Shown: positions 56,155 to 64,000 of the stretch, piece by piece
Position numbering within the stretch: position 1 is the first letter of the stretch
Layout: each line of letters opens with the position of its first letter
Assembly: GCA_965656375.1 (NCBI GenBank)
Contig: CBFHKH010000001.1
Coordinates: 514,845-578,844 of the forward strand
Reading direction: 5' to 3'
Length of the DNA stretch: 64,000 nt
Source: Minisyncoccia bacterium
Lineage (GTDB): Bacteria; Patescibacteriota; Minisyncoccia; Phycocordibacterales; UBA9973
Made by a program: the position numbers and the translations under genes
Notes under the pieces: generated by a model
What the model was told of the DNA's origin: nothing
Seen by the model: the letters and a program-made list of their open reading frames with translations, nothing else
Database searches by the model: none

Positions 56155-59068
56155 GGGCTGGTTCGTCAGATGCCGGACTCTCCACCGGTGGAACAGCGGT
56201 TCCTTCTGAGCCTCCATCAGCTTCTGGAGCGATTTGATCTTCTACACACGTACTTCCATCGAGATGATAGCCAGATGGAACCGCTGCCTGATCGCCATCG
56301 ATGTTTGGACACATATCTGTAGCTTGTGGGGTGTCTCCACCTCCGCCGTTTCTCGTATTTGTATTATTGCTGAGCATCTGTAGAAGTTCTGCTTTTGTTA
56401 CACAAACATCCTCAAGACAAAGTTTCTTTGTATGCACTTCGCCAAAGAATACAATTTCTATACCATTGCCTATATCTGCTAGGAATTCTTTAATGAGAGA
56501 ACCAAGTGAGGCTTCGTTTGTAGTATCAAGTGATGAGAGTCCTTCGATCCTAATATTCATCTCCCTCACCGCACCCACCACATATGGCATGAGACCACTC
56601 ATGTTTAAGAACTTGCGGGTGGTGCCATCGATCCAGGTATGATCTGTAACGAGGTCTGGGAATTGAGTAGCGACTTCTTGAGCGATGAATCCGTACTGGA
56701 GTGGTGCGGATGTGCCTTCAGTGAGCCAGTGGTATGAGACGGGGTTGAGGGATGAGATCTTGGAAAGGAGATCTGATGTTGAGAGTGAGGTAACATCTTT
56801 CTTGAGGGTGAGGTCTGAACCGCAGGTTGGGGCTCCAGTGTTTGCATTGAAGTCACAGACTGAGTTTGTGTCTTGTAATCTCATGAGTGTGGTGCCGTCA
56901 GTGATGGATGAGGAGCCTACGTGGAGGAGGAAGCCGGGGGTTTGCTGGTTGATGCCGACGTTACCGTTTAACATGATGTTTTGTGAAGCAACTGAGGCGT
57001 TCTGCTGGATGTAGATTGGGGAGGCTGTTTGGTCGCCGGTGTAATCTGCTCGATCGAGTGAGTTAATGAATATTTGGTTTGAAGCGGTTGTAGTATACCT
57101 ACCTGCTACTGCACCAATTGCTACATTTGCAGTACCTGTTGTATTGTTAATTAAACTTCTATCTCCAATTGCCGTATTAGCATGAGCCTCGTTGTTGTAA
57201 AGAGTGTTTCGTCCAACTCCTACATTCTCAGATCCAGAAACATTGAATCTTAATGATTCTGCTCCGATGGCTATATTTGCTGTACCGTCAATATTAGCAA
57301 GGAGGGCACTCCGTCCAAATGCAGCATTAGCTTGACCTACTGTATTAGCTTTTAGAGCACCAGTACCAAATGCTGCATTATTAATAGATCCATTTACAAG
57401 CAATGCTTCATAACCGAAACTAGTACTATTTGTTGTTAGATCAATATAACCACTTTTCAAATTATTAGCTTTAAACATCAACCCCACATTATTAGTAGTA
57501 CCGATAAAATTAGTTCCTGGTGTTGTCCCTGCATTACCTGTTAAGGCCCATCCAGTTGGAAGCGTTATCCATGTTGGAGGAAGTCCTGCCCCTCCGCTTG
57601 TGAGAATTTGCCCTGCTGTACCAGGCAGATTATTCGGCATGAGTGCACCAGAGAAATTAATGTTGCCTGTGACATTGAGCTTTTGTCCGCCTGCAGTTGC
57701 ACTTCCGATGGTAACGTTACCTCGAACAGTATGCGAAGGGCTTAATCCCAAGAATATTTCTCCATCCCCACCTGCACCGTTACCAAGACCCGAGACGATA
57801 TATATGTTACCTCCCGCAGCTCCTCCGGTACTACCTGCATTACCTGCTTTTAGAGCAGCATAACCAGCAGAACCGCCTGATGTACCTCCGCCACCATTTC
57901 CCCCTTGAATTTCGACATATCCTCCAACCCCACCAAATGTAGTTCCCAAACCGCCATCTCCACCGAGAATAGTAATGCGTCCTCCGGCTCCGCCGATTCC
58001 TGTTGTTGGTGATCCTGTTATATTACCGCCATTCCCTGCGAGAATATCTATTGCGCCTGCATTGCCTCCGCTAACAGTCCCGGTATTATATGATGTTGCG
58101 CCGCCTGCACCACCTTGTATTTTGAGGGGCGAGCTAGCAGTAGTACCGTCTGAACCTGATACTGCACTTTGAGCAGCTTGGAATACATGGAGTAGGGCTG
58201 TCGGACTTGTTGTTCCGATACCAACATTGCCACCAATTCCAGGCACAAGTGCTATATGCGTCGATGCACCAGAGGTGATTGAACCGACGTTCGGAGTGTT
58301 CGCGAAATAGATACCGTAATTATTCGTCGCTGCAGTAAGACCATTTATATACAGGCCATACTGATCTGTAACACTACTACCACCAGATACGGAAACATCG
58401 CGCAGATCAATGTGTTTTAAAATCGTTGTGATTGCACCACCGGTCACCGAAGGACCTGTCTGATACTCGACCTGGTTTGCTACTGTGCCTGATGCTGCTC
58501 CGTGATTACTTTGAGTCGCCAGACTGACAATACTGCTCGGGAGATTAGTGATTCCAGATAATGTAACTGCAATATTCTGGCCAAGGATCGCTCCACCAGC
58601 ACCCGCGCCGCTTCCCGCAGTCAATCCTATTTTTGATCCGTATAAAACGCCACCGTTCATACTGCTTACAGTGGCCGCTATATTTGAAACAGTACTTCCG
58701 TTGCTTGTGATGGTTCCGGCGATGTCTAGTTTAGAGCTAGGGTTTGTCACTCCTATCCCTACATTGCCTGTATTGTAGTAAATATCCGAGCCATTTGTGA
58801 TCCACTGGCTACTACCTGAAAGAGCTACCCAGCTCGTCACACTTCCGTCTGTCATGAGGAACTTGCCAGTATTACCTGTTTGATCAGGAAGAATCTGAAC
58901 GAAACAATTCGTATCTCCAGGCGCACAGGAAGGATCAAGAGTCTCTCCTGCCTGATAGGGAGAGCCTGGTGGTGTAGCAAAAACAGAAATATATGCACCA
59001 AAAAGGAGTACGAAGAGAAACCCAGTCAAAAGTTTTGGATAGCGAAATGTAGATTTCTTCATATACAT
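56150..59068 (-). CDS. Exported tail-fibre-like adhesin with a peptidase S74 chaperone domain
   Basis: Signal peptide, four GNVGI-type repeats, Gly-rich block, N-x-A-x-G repeats, SDLTLKKDV...NPVSYHW...GFIAQEV. Confidence 0.82.
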   Translation of the reverse strand: MYMKKSTFRYPKLLTGFLFVLLFGAYISVFATPPGSPYQAGETLDPSCAPGDTNCFVQILPDQTGNTGKFLMTDGSVTSWVALSGSSQWITNGSDIYYNTGNVGIGVTNPSSKLDIAGTITSNGSTVSNIAATVSSMNGGVLYGSKIGLTAGSGAGAGGAILGQNIAVTLSGITNLPSSIVSLATQSNHGAASGTVANQVEYQTGPSVTGGAITTILKHIDLRDVSVSGGSSVTDQYGLYINGLTAATNNYGIYFANTPNVGSITSGASTHIALVPGIGGNVGIGTTSPTALLHVFQAAQSAVSGSDGTTASSPLKIQGGAGGATSYNTGTVSGGNAGAIDILAGNGGNITGSPTTGIGGAGGRITILGGDGGLGTTFGGVGGYVEIQGGNGGGGTSGGSAGYAALKAGNAGSTGGAAGGNIYIVSGLGNGAGGDGEIFLGLSPSHTVRGNVTIGSATAGGQKLNVTGNINFSGALMPNNLPGTAGQILTSGGAGLPPTWITLPTGWALTGNAGTTPGTNFIGTTNNVGLMFKANNLKSGYIDLTTNSTSFGYEALLVNGSINNAAFGTGALKANTVGQANAAFGRSALLANIDGTANIAIGAESLRFNVSGSENVGVGRNTLYNNEAHANTAIGDRSLINNTTGTANVAIGAVAGRYTTTASNQIFINSLDRADYTGDQTASPIYIQQNASVASQNIMLNGNVGINQQTPGFLLHVGSSSITDGTTLMRLQDTNSVCDFNANTGAPTCGSDLTLKKDVTSLSTSDLLSKISSLNPVSYHWLTEGTSAPLQYGFIAQEVATQFPDLVTDHTWIDGTTRKFLNMSGLMPYVVGAVREMNIRIEGLSSLDTTNEASLGSLIKEFLADIGNGIEIVFFGEVHTKKLCLEDVCVTKAELLQMLSNNTNTRNGGGGDTPQATDMCPNIDGDQAAVPSGYHLDGSTCVEDQIAPEADGGSEGTAVPPVESPASDEPAQ

Positions 59069-59092
59069 ATAGTATATAGTAAAACCGAAAAT

Positions 59093-60463
59093 TTAGCATT
59101 CAAGCATAACTGATTCTCCGGCATCAGGAGAATGCACCTTGATGCCAAGATTGTCATGCAATTTCTGAGCAAGGAAAAGTGATGATTTTGGCTCTCCCAT
59201 GACCACAAAAGCTTTCTTGAGATTTTTTGCCATATGACTTACGAATTCTACCAAGTGATCAGAGTCTTTATGTCCGGAGTAACCGCTGATCATCTCTATA
59301 CGTGCACGAACTTTTACATCTTCACCTTGGATGTGTACAGTTTTCGCTCCATCTTCGATCAAGCGCCCAAGGGTACCGGCTGACTGATACCCAGTAAGAA
59401 GGATTGTATTGTTTGGATCAGGTAAATAATTCTTCTCGTGATGTATGATACGTCCACCATTCGACATCCCAGATCCAGCCATGATGATTTTCGGGTTCGA
59501 TGCTTTGAGTATCGCTTTTGATTCTTCGGTATCTGCTGTCTCCTGTAGTCCAGGAAATTCAAAGATAGGATCTCCTCCATCAATGATCTTCCGCGCAGTA
59601 GCATTAAAATATTTTCCATATTTAAGATAGATATCAGTAAGCTTAATCGCAAGTGGCGAATCGAGGAACATTGTCATCTCTGGAATCTCTTTTGCATGGA
59701 GTAGTGTGTCTATCTCGTAGAGAAGCTCTTGGGTACGCTCCAGTGAAAAAGTAGGAACGATAAGGGTGCCCTTTCTCTTGTAATTATCATTGATGACTTG
59801 TGCAAGTTTGTCTTTGCGAATTTTGCGGTCTTCATGATTGCGGTCACCATATACAGACTCCATGATGAGATAGTCTGCATCAGTAATGATTTCTGTATCG
59901 CGAAGAAGCGGTGAAGGAGAATTACCGAGATCACCGGTAAAAACGATCTTCTTGCCGTTGTACATCACCTCGAGCATTCCGGAACCCAAGATGTGGCCTG
60001 CGTCTTTATAGGAAAATTGGAATCCGTGATCGATATTGAGCTTCTGTCCGTACTCGAGGGTTTCCCACATATCCATCGCGCGCTTTATATTCTCCCCCGT
60101 ATAGATCTCACCCAAATTATTCTTTTTATCGTGTGAAAGCAAATGTGCAGTATCCTCGAGCATAACCGCGGTGATATCTTTTGTTGGGATAGTTGAGTAG
60201 ATCTTACCTCGAAAGCCCTCGCTTATAAGCTTCGGAATACGTCCAATGTGATCGATATGACCGTGTGTTATAAAAAGAATGTCTATTTCACTTACTGGGT
60301 ATGAGAATTTTTCCCAGTTTATCTCGTCAGCAAGGCTTTCCCCTTGTACGAGCCCGCAGTCGATAAGGAATTTCTTACCATTGCCTTCGAGGAGGAAGTT
60401 CGCGCCTGTTACCGTGCCTGCTCCCGAGCAGAAAGTGACTTTCAGTGTATGATCAGTTTGCAT
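59093..60463 (-). CDS. MBL-fold beta-CASP ribonuclease
   Basis: DCG, THGHIDHIG, AGHILGS, FTGDLG, MESVYG, YSGHKD. Start set at MQTDH. Confidence 0.92.
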   Translation of the reverse strand: MQTDHTLKVTFCSGAGTVTGANFLLEGNGKKFLIDCGLVQGESLADEINWEKFSYPVSEIDILFITHGHIDHIGRIPKLISEGFRGKIYSTIPTKDITAVMLEDTAHLLSHDKKNNLGEIYTGENIKRAMDMWETLEYGQKLNIDHGFQFSYKDAGHILGSGMLEVMYNGKKIVFTGDLGNSPSPLLRDTEIITDADYLIMESVYGDRNHEDRKIRKDKLAQVINDNYKRKGTLIVPTFSLERTQELLYEIDTLLHAKEIPEMTMFLDSPLAIKLTDIYLKYGKYFNATARKIIDGGDPIFEFPGLQETADTEESKAILKASNPKIIMAGSGMSNGGRIIHHEKNYLPDPNNTILLTGYQSAGTLGRLIEDGAKTVHIQGEDVKVRARIEMISGYSGHKDSDHLVEFVSHMAKNLKKAFVVMGEPKSSLFLAQKLHDNLGIKVHSPDAGESVMLEC

Positions 60464-60526
60464 ATAGGCTTTATTATACATGAATATAATAAAAAATCCT
60501 TCTATTTTCATAGAAGAATTGCTTAT

Positions 60527-60678
60527 TAGGACTATTCAAGAGATATTACCATAGCGGAACGCTACGTGGGACCAAGGATACTACAGATTTGTTCACATTA
60601 ATAACGTTACAGCACGGTAGTAAAACTCTTTGTCCCCTATAAAATGTGTTCTAGGTAATACGTCTCAAATAACCCTAC
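60527..60678 (-). ncRNA. Candidate 6S RNA
   Basis: Rod fold by eye (closing stem, central bubble, inner stem); promoter TTGCAG-16-TATACT directly upstream; hairpin downstream. Confidence 0.55.
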
Positions 60679-60763
60679 CTTGAGTATACTCGTGTGAGCG
60701 AAGTCTGCAAGTAAATTTACAAAACAGCACACTTTTGACAAGAGTTCAAATCAAGTCTAGAGA

Positions 60764-61420
60764 TTAGATTTCAAAATTTTTCAATTCTTCGATTATTTTC
60801 GCTACAGATTCATCAGTAATATCTTCAGGTTTGATGTTTGATTGCAAGAAAATCTGTTTTTCAATTTCGAAAATATTTTTTGCATAAAAATTCTTCTTTT
60901 CTTCATCAAAAGCCCTTCCTGTATCTTTGTATCGCTTATAAGCTTCTATGTTTCTCTCTTCAATAGACACGATTCCATGCGGAGTGACTCGATCATCAGC
61001 ATATATACTGATTTTTCTACCAAAATTATCACCTGTAACTATACTTTCTATATAAGTAGCATCTACATGTTTTGCAAGATCAAGCACAATAGAAGATGTT
61101 CTAAGTTCTTTAATAATAGCGATAGTTGCTTCATGCTCTTTTTCTCCATATTTTGTAAAATATTCTTGTTGAATATCCTGCCAATATTCTAATCCTTGTG
61201 GCTCTAGAAATCCGGGAAAGTTCTGTTTAGTATATGACAGATTGAACTTTATAATATTACCCATATCATGCATCAAGCATGCAGTCACTACAGATTTCGT
61301 ATCAATATCTTGATCTAGAGACTCGCAAACCTGTCTCGCTACAGCTGCAACTCGCAACTGATGCAACTGTAGCTGTGGCATTATTTTATATTCTTCATAT
61401 ATATCTGTAATTTTCCGCAT
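60764..61420 (-). CDS. HD-domain phosphohydrolase
   Basis: HQLRVA...LMHDMGN...YADDRV. Confidence 0.8.
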   Translation of the reverse strand: MRKITDIYEEYKIMPQLQLHQLRVAAVARQVCESLDQDIDTKSVVTACLMHDMGNIIKFNLSYTKQNFPGFLEPQGLEYWQDIQQEYFTKYGEKEHEATIAIIKELRTSSIVLDLAKHVDATYIESIVTGDNFGRKISIYADDRVTPHGIVSIEERNIEAYKRYKDTGRAFDEEKKNFYAKNIFEIEKQIFLQSNIKPEDITDESVAKIIEELKNFEI

Positions 61421-61425
61421 GAATT

Positions 61426-61965
61426 TTAAAATCTCATATTATTCCAATCAAGACCATAACGCTCGCGGATGAGTTTTGTCTCTCCTTGTGAAAGTGCTTC
61501 ATGATTTTCTAATTCAAGAAGTTTAATAGCGTGACCAACATGCTCTTCACTATTCCCTTCAATCTCTAAATACGCAGGCATTCCAGGATACTGATCAAGA
61601 TCGAAATTCCAGCTCTCAAATGAGAAAGAGATTCTATCTTTTTCTTGATGGGCATAGTGTACAAATCCCACTGCTTCAAGAAGAGATTTTGCATTTTCAA
61701 AATCAGAAACATCTATATTTATTTCTTGAGATTGGCGGGTATTACCAACAATCGTTTCTAGTGATTTCCAACTAATTTCGGCCTTACCATCAGATGTTTT
61801 TCGAACTCTTAAATACCATGGATGAGTAGTGTCGAGCGCATTCTTTGGGCAATACCAGTCGACAAAGAGACGTACGTCTTGAGTCTGATTTGCTCCTAAA
61901 TTTTTTAGTTTTTCTAAAACTTTTCCAGTATTAATTTCCAGAATTTTCGTTTCTATTTCGTGCAT
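61426..61965 (-). CDS. CYTH domain protein
   Basis: EIETKIL, LRVRK, EKDR, DLD, YLEIEG. Confidence 0.88.
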   Translation of the reverse strand: MHEIETKILEINTGKVLEKLKNLGANQTQDVRLFVDWYCPKNALDTTHPWYLRVRKTSDGKAEISWKSLETIVGNTRQSQEINIDVSDFENAKSLLEAVGFVHYAHQEKDRISFSFESWNFDLDQYPGMPAYLEIEGNSEEHVGHAIKLLELENHEALSQGETKLIRERYGLDWNNMRF

Positions 61966-61968
61966 AAA

Positions 61969-62520
61969 TTATTTCATTCCATACTTTTCAAAAAGCATGA
62001 TGTCGTATTTACCATCAATTACCCGATCTTCTTCTTGGATACCAAACTCTTCCAGAAATTTAAAAAGCTCTTCCTGAACTTTCATTCGCTCTTCAGGTTT
62101 TGTAAGATCAATAATTTTTTCAGCTTCAATAAAATCTCCGAGATTTTCTACAGTATCTAATACGATTTCTACACCCTGATACATTGTTTTGATTCTTTTC
62201 TTATCTACGGTGGGAACTTGCTTATATCCTAAAAAGTGAAAAACTTCCAACATCTTATCTCCATCAGAAATCTCAAACTCACGTTCTATACAATCTTGTC
62301 TACTTGATTGTGGAATCTTTAAAGTGAAAAAACTCGTACCGTTTTCCTTTCGTACTCGCAAAACTGGCACACCCAATGCGGGTGGAAAAATTGAATCTCC
62401 AGGTATAAAAATATAGTCTACTTGGTGCAATTCTTCAGAAAAAATGCACCCCTTTGATTTAAGCAAATCTTGCACTACTTTTTTATCCTTAAGTCTAGCT
62501 TTTACTTCAACTTCATACAT
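61969..62520 (-). CDS. CYTH domain protein (CyaB-like)
   Basis: EVEVKAR, QVDYIF, LRVRK, TLK, KKR, LDTVENLGDFIEAE. Confidence 0.9.
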   Translation of the reverse strand: MYEVEVKARLKDKKVVQDLLKSKGCIFSEELHQVDYIFIPGDSIFPPALGVPVLRVRKENGTSFFTLKIPQSSRQDCIEREFEISDGDKMLEVFHFLGYKQVPTVDKKRIKTMYQGVEIVLDTVENLGDFIEAEKIIDLTKPEERMKVQEELFKFLEEFGIQEEDRVIDGKYDIMLFEKYGMK

Positions 62521-62568
62521 ACTGCTTACTATAACATAAAATCCCCTTTCGGGGATTTTATTAATTAT

Positions 62569-63153
62569 CTATTCATCAACACCGAAACGCTTGTAATCCA
62601 TGAGCTTGATATCGCCGAACCAGTGCTTGATCTCGTGTTCTGCTTCCTCTGGAGTTTCTGAACAATGAACGATATTCATAACTGCGCGCTTTTCCATGTT
62701 TGCAAGTGCTGGAGAATCAATAGAGAAATCTCCACGAATTGTGCCCATCTCAGCTTTGTATGGCATTGTATCGCCAGCAACCTTACGAACAACGTCCACA
62801 GCATGCACACCTTTAACTACCATTTTCACAAGAGGTGCAGATGTCATGTAATCGATGAGCCATTTACGGATCTCAGGACCGATCTTTGCAGCTTCAGTTG
62901 TACCGAAGTCTTTCATAGCATCATAGCCGTATTTTTCGTATGTCGTGAGAGTTTTGTTACCAAGGCGAGTGATCCATTCTTCGCTCTTTGGATAGTGATC
63001 ATTAACTCGATCGAATTCTGGAGTAAACATCTCAAGCGCGACGATCTTCAGATCGCGCTGTTCAAAACGCTTGATAACTTCACCTATGAGGCCTTTTTTG
63101 ACTCCATCCGGCTTCATCATAACATATGTAACTTCTTCTTTTGGGTGTTTCAT
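62569..63153 (-). CDS. ndk: Nucleoside diphosphate kinase
   Basis: KPDGVKKGLIGEVIKRFE, GTIRGDF, NIVHCSE. Confidence 0.95.
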   Translation of the reverse strand: MKHPKEEVTYVMMKPDGVKKGLIGEVIKRFEQRDLKIVALEMFTPEFDRVNDHYPKSEEWITRLGNKTLTTYEKYGYDAMKDFGTTEAAKIGPEIRKWLIDYMTSAPLVKMVVKGVHAVDVVRKVAGDTMPYKAEMGTIRGDFSIDSPALANMEKRAVMNIVHCSETPEEAEHEIKHWFGDIKLMDYKRFGVDE

Positions 63154-63223
63154 ATAAATAAAAAATCGCTTTCGCGGTTTGTAGTAATAAAGCTATTATA
63201 GCAGAAAATCCCTTGTTCGGCAA

Positions 63224-63793
63224 TTATTTCTTAATCTGCTCGGTAAATGTAATAACTGAATACTCATTCTCATTTATATTATTCATTTTATAAATCTGCA
63301 TTGTAGAACAGCGTAAATGAGTGCTCCAATCAAAGCCGAGCTTTTTTGCAACTGCTTCAACATTCTCCCAACTATTCCCTTCAAGCTCTACATACGGATC
63401 AATCATCGGCCATGTATCTATATCTACTTCAACTGTATCGAGAATATAACGTTCTCGTTTATTTTCTTCGTAGAACTTCTCTATCATACCTATTGATTTG
63501 AGGAATTGATCTGCAGTAGTAAAATCACTGACAACTATCTCGACTTCTTTCATCCCTCCATCACGCATCGTCTCACTATTTGCTTCGAGTCGTTGTTTAT
63601 ATGTCATGACAACCTTGTCTCCTTCATCACGCACTCGCACCCACGCATGCTTCTCTGCAAGTGGTAAACCCGGGAAATCATACGATTTTCTTTTATAATC
63701 AAAGCTACCGATAAAAACCGCTTCAAGTGCTTTGAGTTTGTCTCTTAGCTTCTCTACATCTATATGTATAAACTTTGCTTCTATCTCTTCCAT
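63224..63793 (-). CDS. CYTH domain protein
   Basis: EIEAKF, WVRVRDEG, MTYK, ENKRE, DIDTWP, ELEG. Start set at MEEIEAK. Confidence 0.88.
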   Translation of the reverse strand: MEEIEAKFIHIDVEKLRDKLKALEAVFIGSFDYKRKSYDFPGLPLAEKHAWVRVRDEGDKVVMTYKQRLEANSETMRDGGMKEVEIVVSDFTTADQFLKSIGMIEKFYEENKRERYILDTVEVDIDTWPMIDPYVELEGNSWENVEAVAKKLGFDWSTHLRCSTMQIYKMNNINENEYSVITFTEQIKK

Positions 63794-63794
63794 A

Positions 63795-64000
63795 TTATCC
63801 TTGCTGTCTGTATTTATCCATAATTTCTTCTTCAACTTCTCCGCGTTCGCGACCGAATTTCAAGTATGAGAGTTCTTTGATCTTCTCGACGATCTCGACT
63901 GTTCCTTGTGGCGGTGGGAATGTTGCAATATTGAACGGCTTTGTCGGCTGGCCACCAACGAGCATCGACATATATGCATTCCTATTCTCAATCTTCATAA
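63795..64000 (-). CDS. C-terminus of a probable VirD4/TraD-like coupling ATPase (5' part off the window)
   Basis: AYMSMLVGGQPTKPF...IKELSYLKFGRERGEVEEEI resembles the tail of CPR T4SS DNA-transfer-family proteins; only 67 residues are visible. Confidence 0.55.
   Translation of the reverse strand, partial: MKIENRNAYMSMLVGGQPTKPFNIATFPPPQGTVEIVEKIKELSYLKFGRERGEVEEEIMDKYRQQG

Noticed and set aside
56150-59068. Prophage or diversity-generating retroelement around the fibre gene
   Set aside because: No capsid, terminase, integrase or reverse transcriptase, and no template/variable repeat pair seen. The gene has a signal peptide and housekeeping neighbours.

Overview
A 64 kb chromosomal segment that I infer comes from a Patescibacteria/CPR (Parcubacteria-like) bacterium. 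The inference rests on compact AT-rich junctions, no Shine-Dalgarno pattern, a full type IV pilus/competence block and CPR-style TruB, RecG, fibre and DUF5663-like proteins. Standard code 11 fits. Core genes: gatA (partial), gatC, ligA, pilM/N/O-pilB-receiver-pilT-pilC-pilin-pilD-minor pilins, comF, recG, ftsH, smpB, ssrA, truB, infC-rpmI-rplT, a beta-CASP RNase and ndk. RNA genes: tRNA-Ser(ACU), tRNA-Ser(GCU), tRNA-Ile(UAU), tmRNA with a 24-residue tag, and a 6S-like candidate. Accessory content: purL, purM-like and a purC-purE fusion; an IPNS-like oxygenase; a 1737-aa membrane/glycosyltransferase/kinase protein; a TM coiled-coil plus vWA-lipoprotein operon; a decayed tmRNA-integrated islet (HTH-Doc, HEPN-like); an S74-chaperoned fibre; and four CYTH paralogues. 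Most notable observations: (1) the same ~90-nt palindromic element sits in-frame inside both ligA and truB, read partly in different frames; (2) a possibly related structured element is joined to duplicated T-arms of tmRNA and tRNA-Ile; (3) an intact tRNA-Ser with the very rare ACU anticodon. All calls are by eye from motifs. No database searches or folding programs were run.
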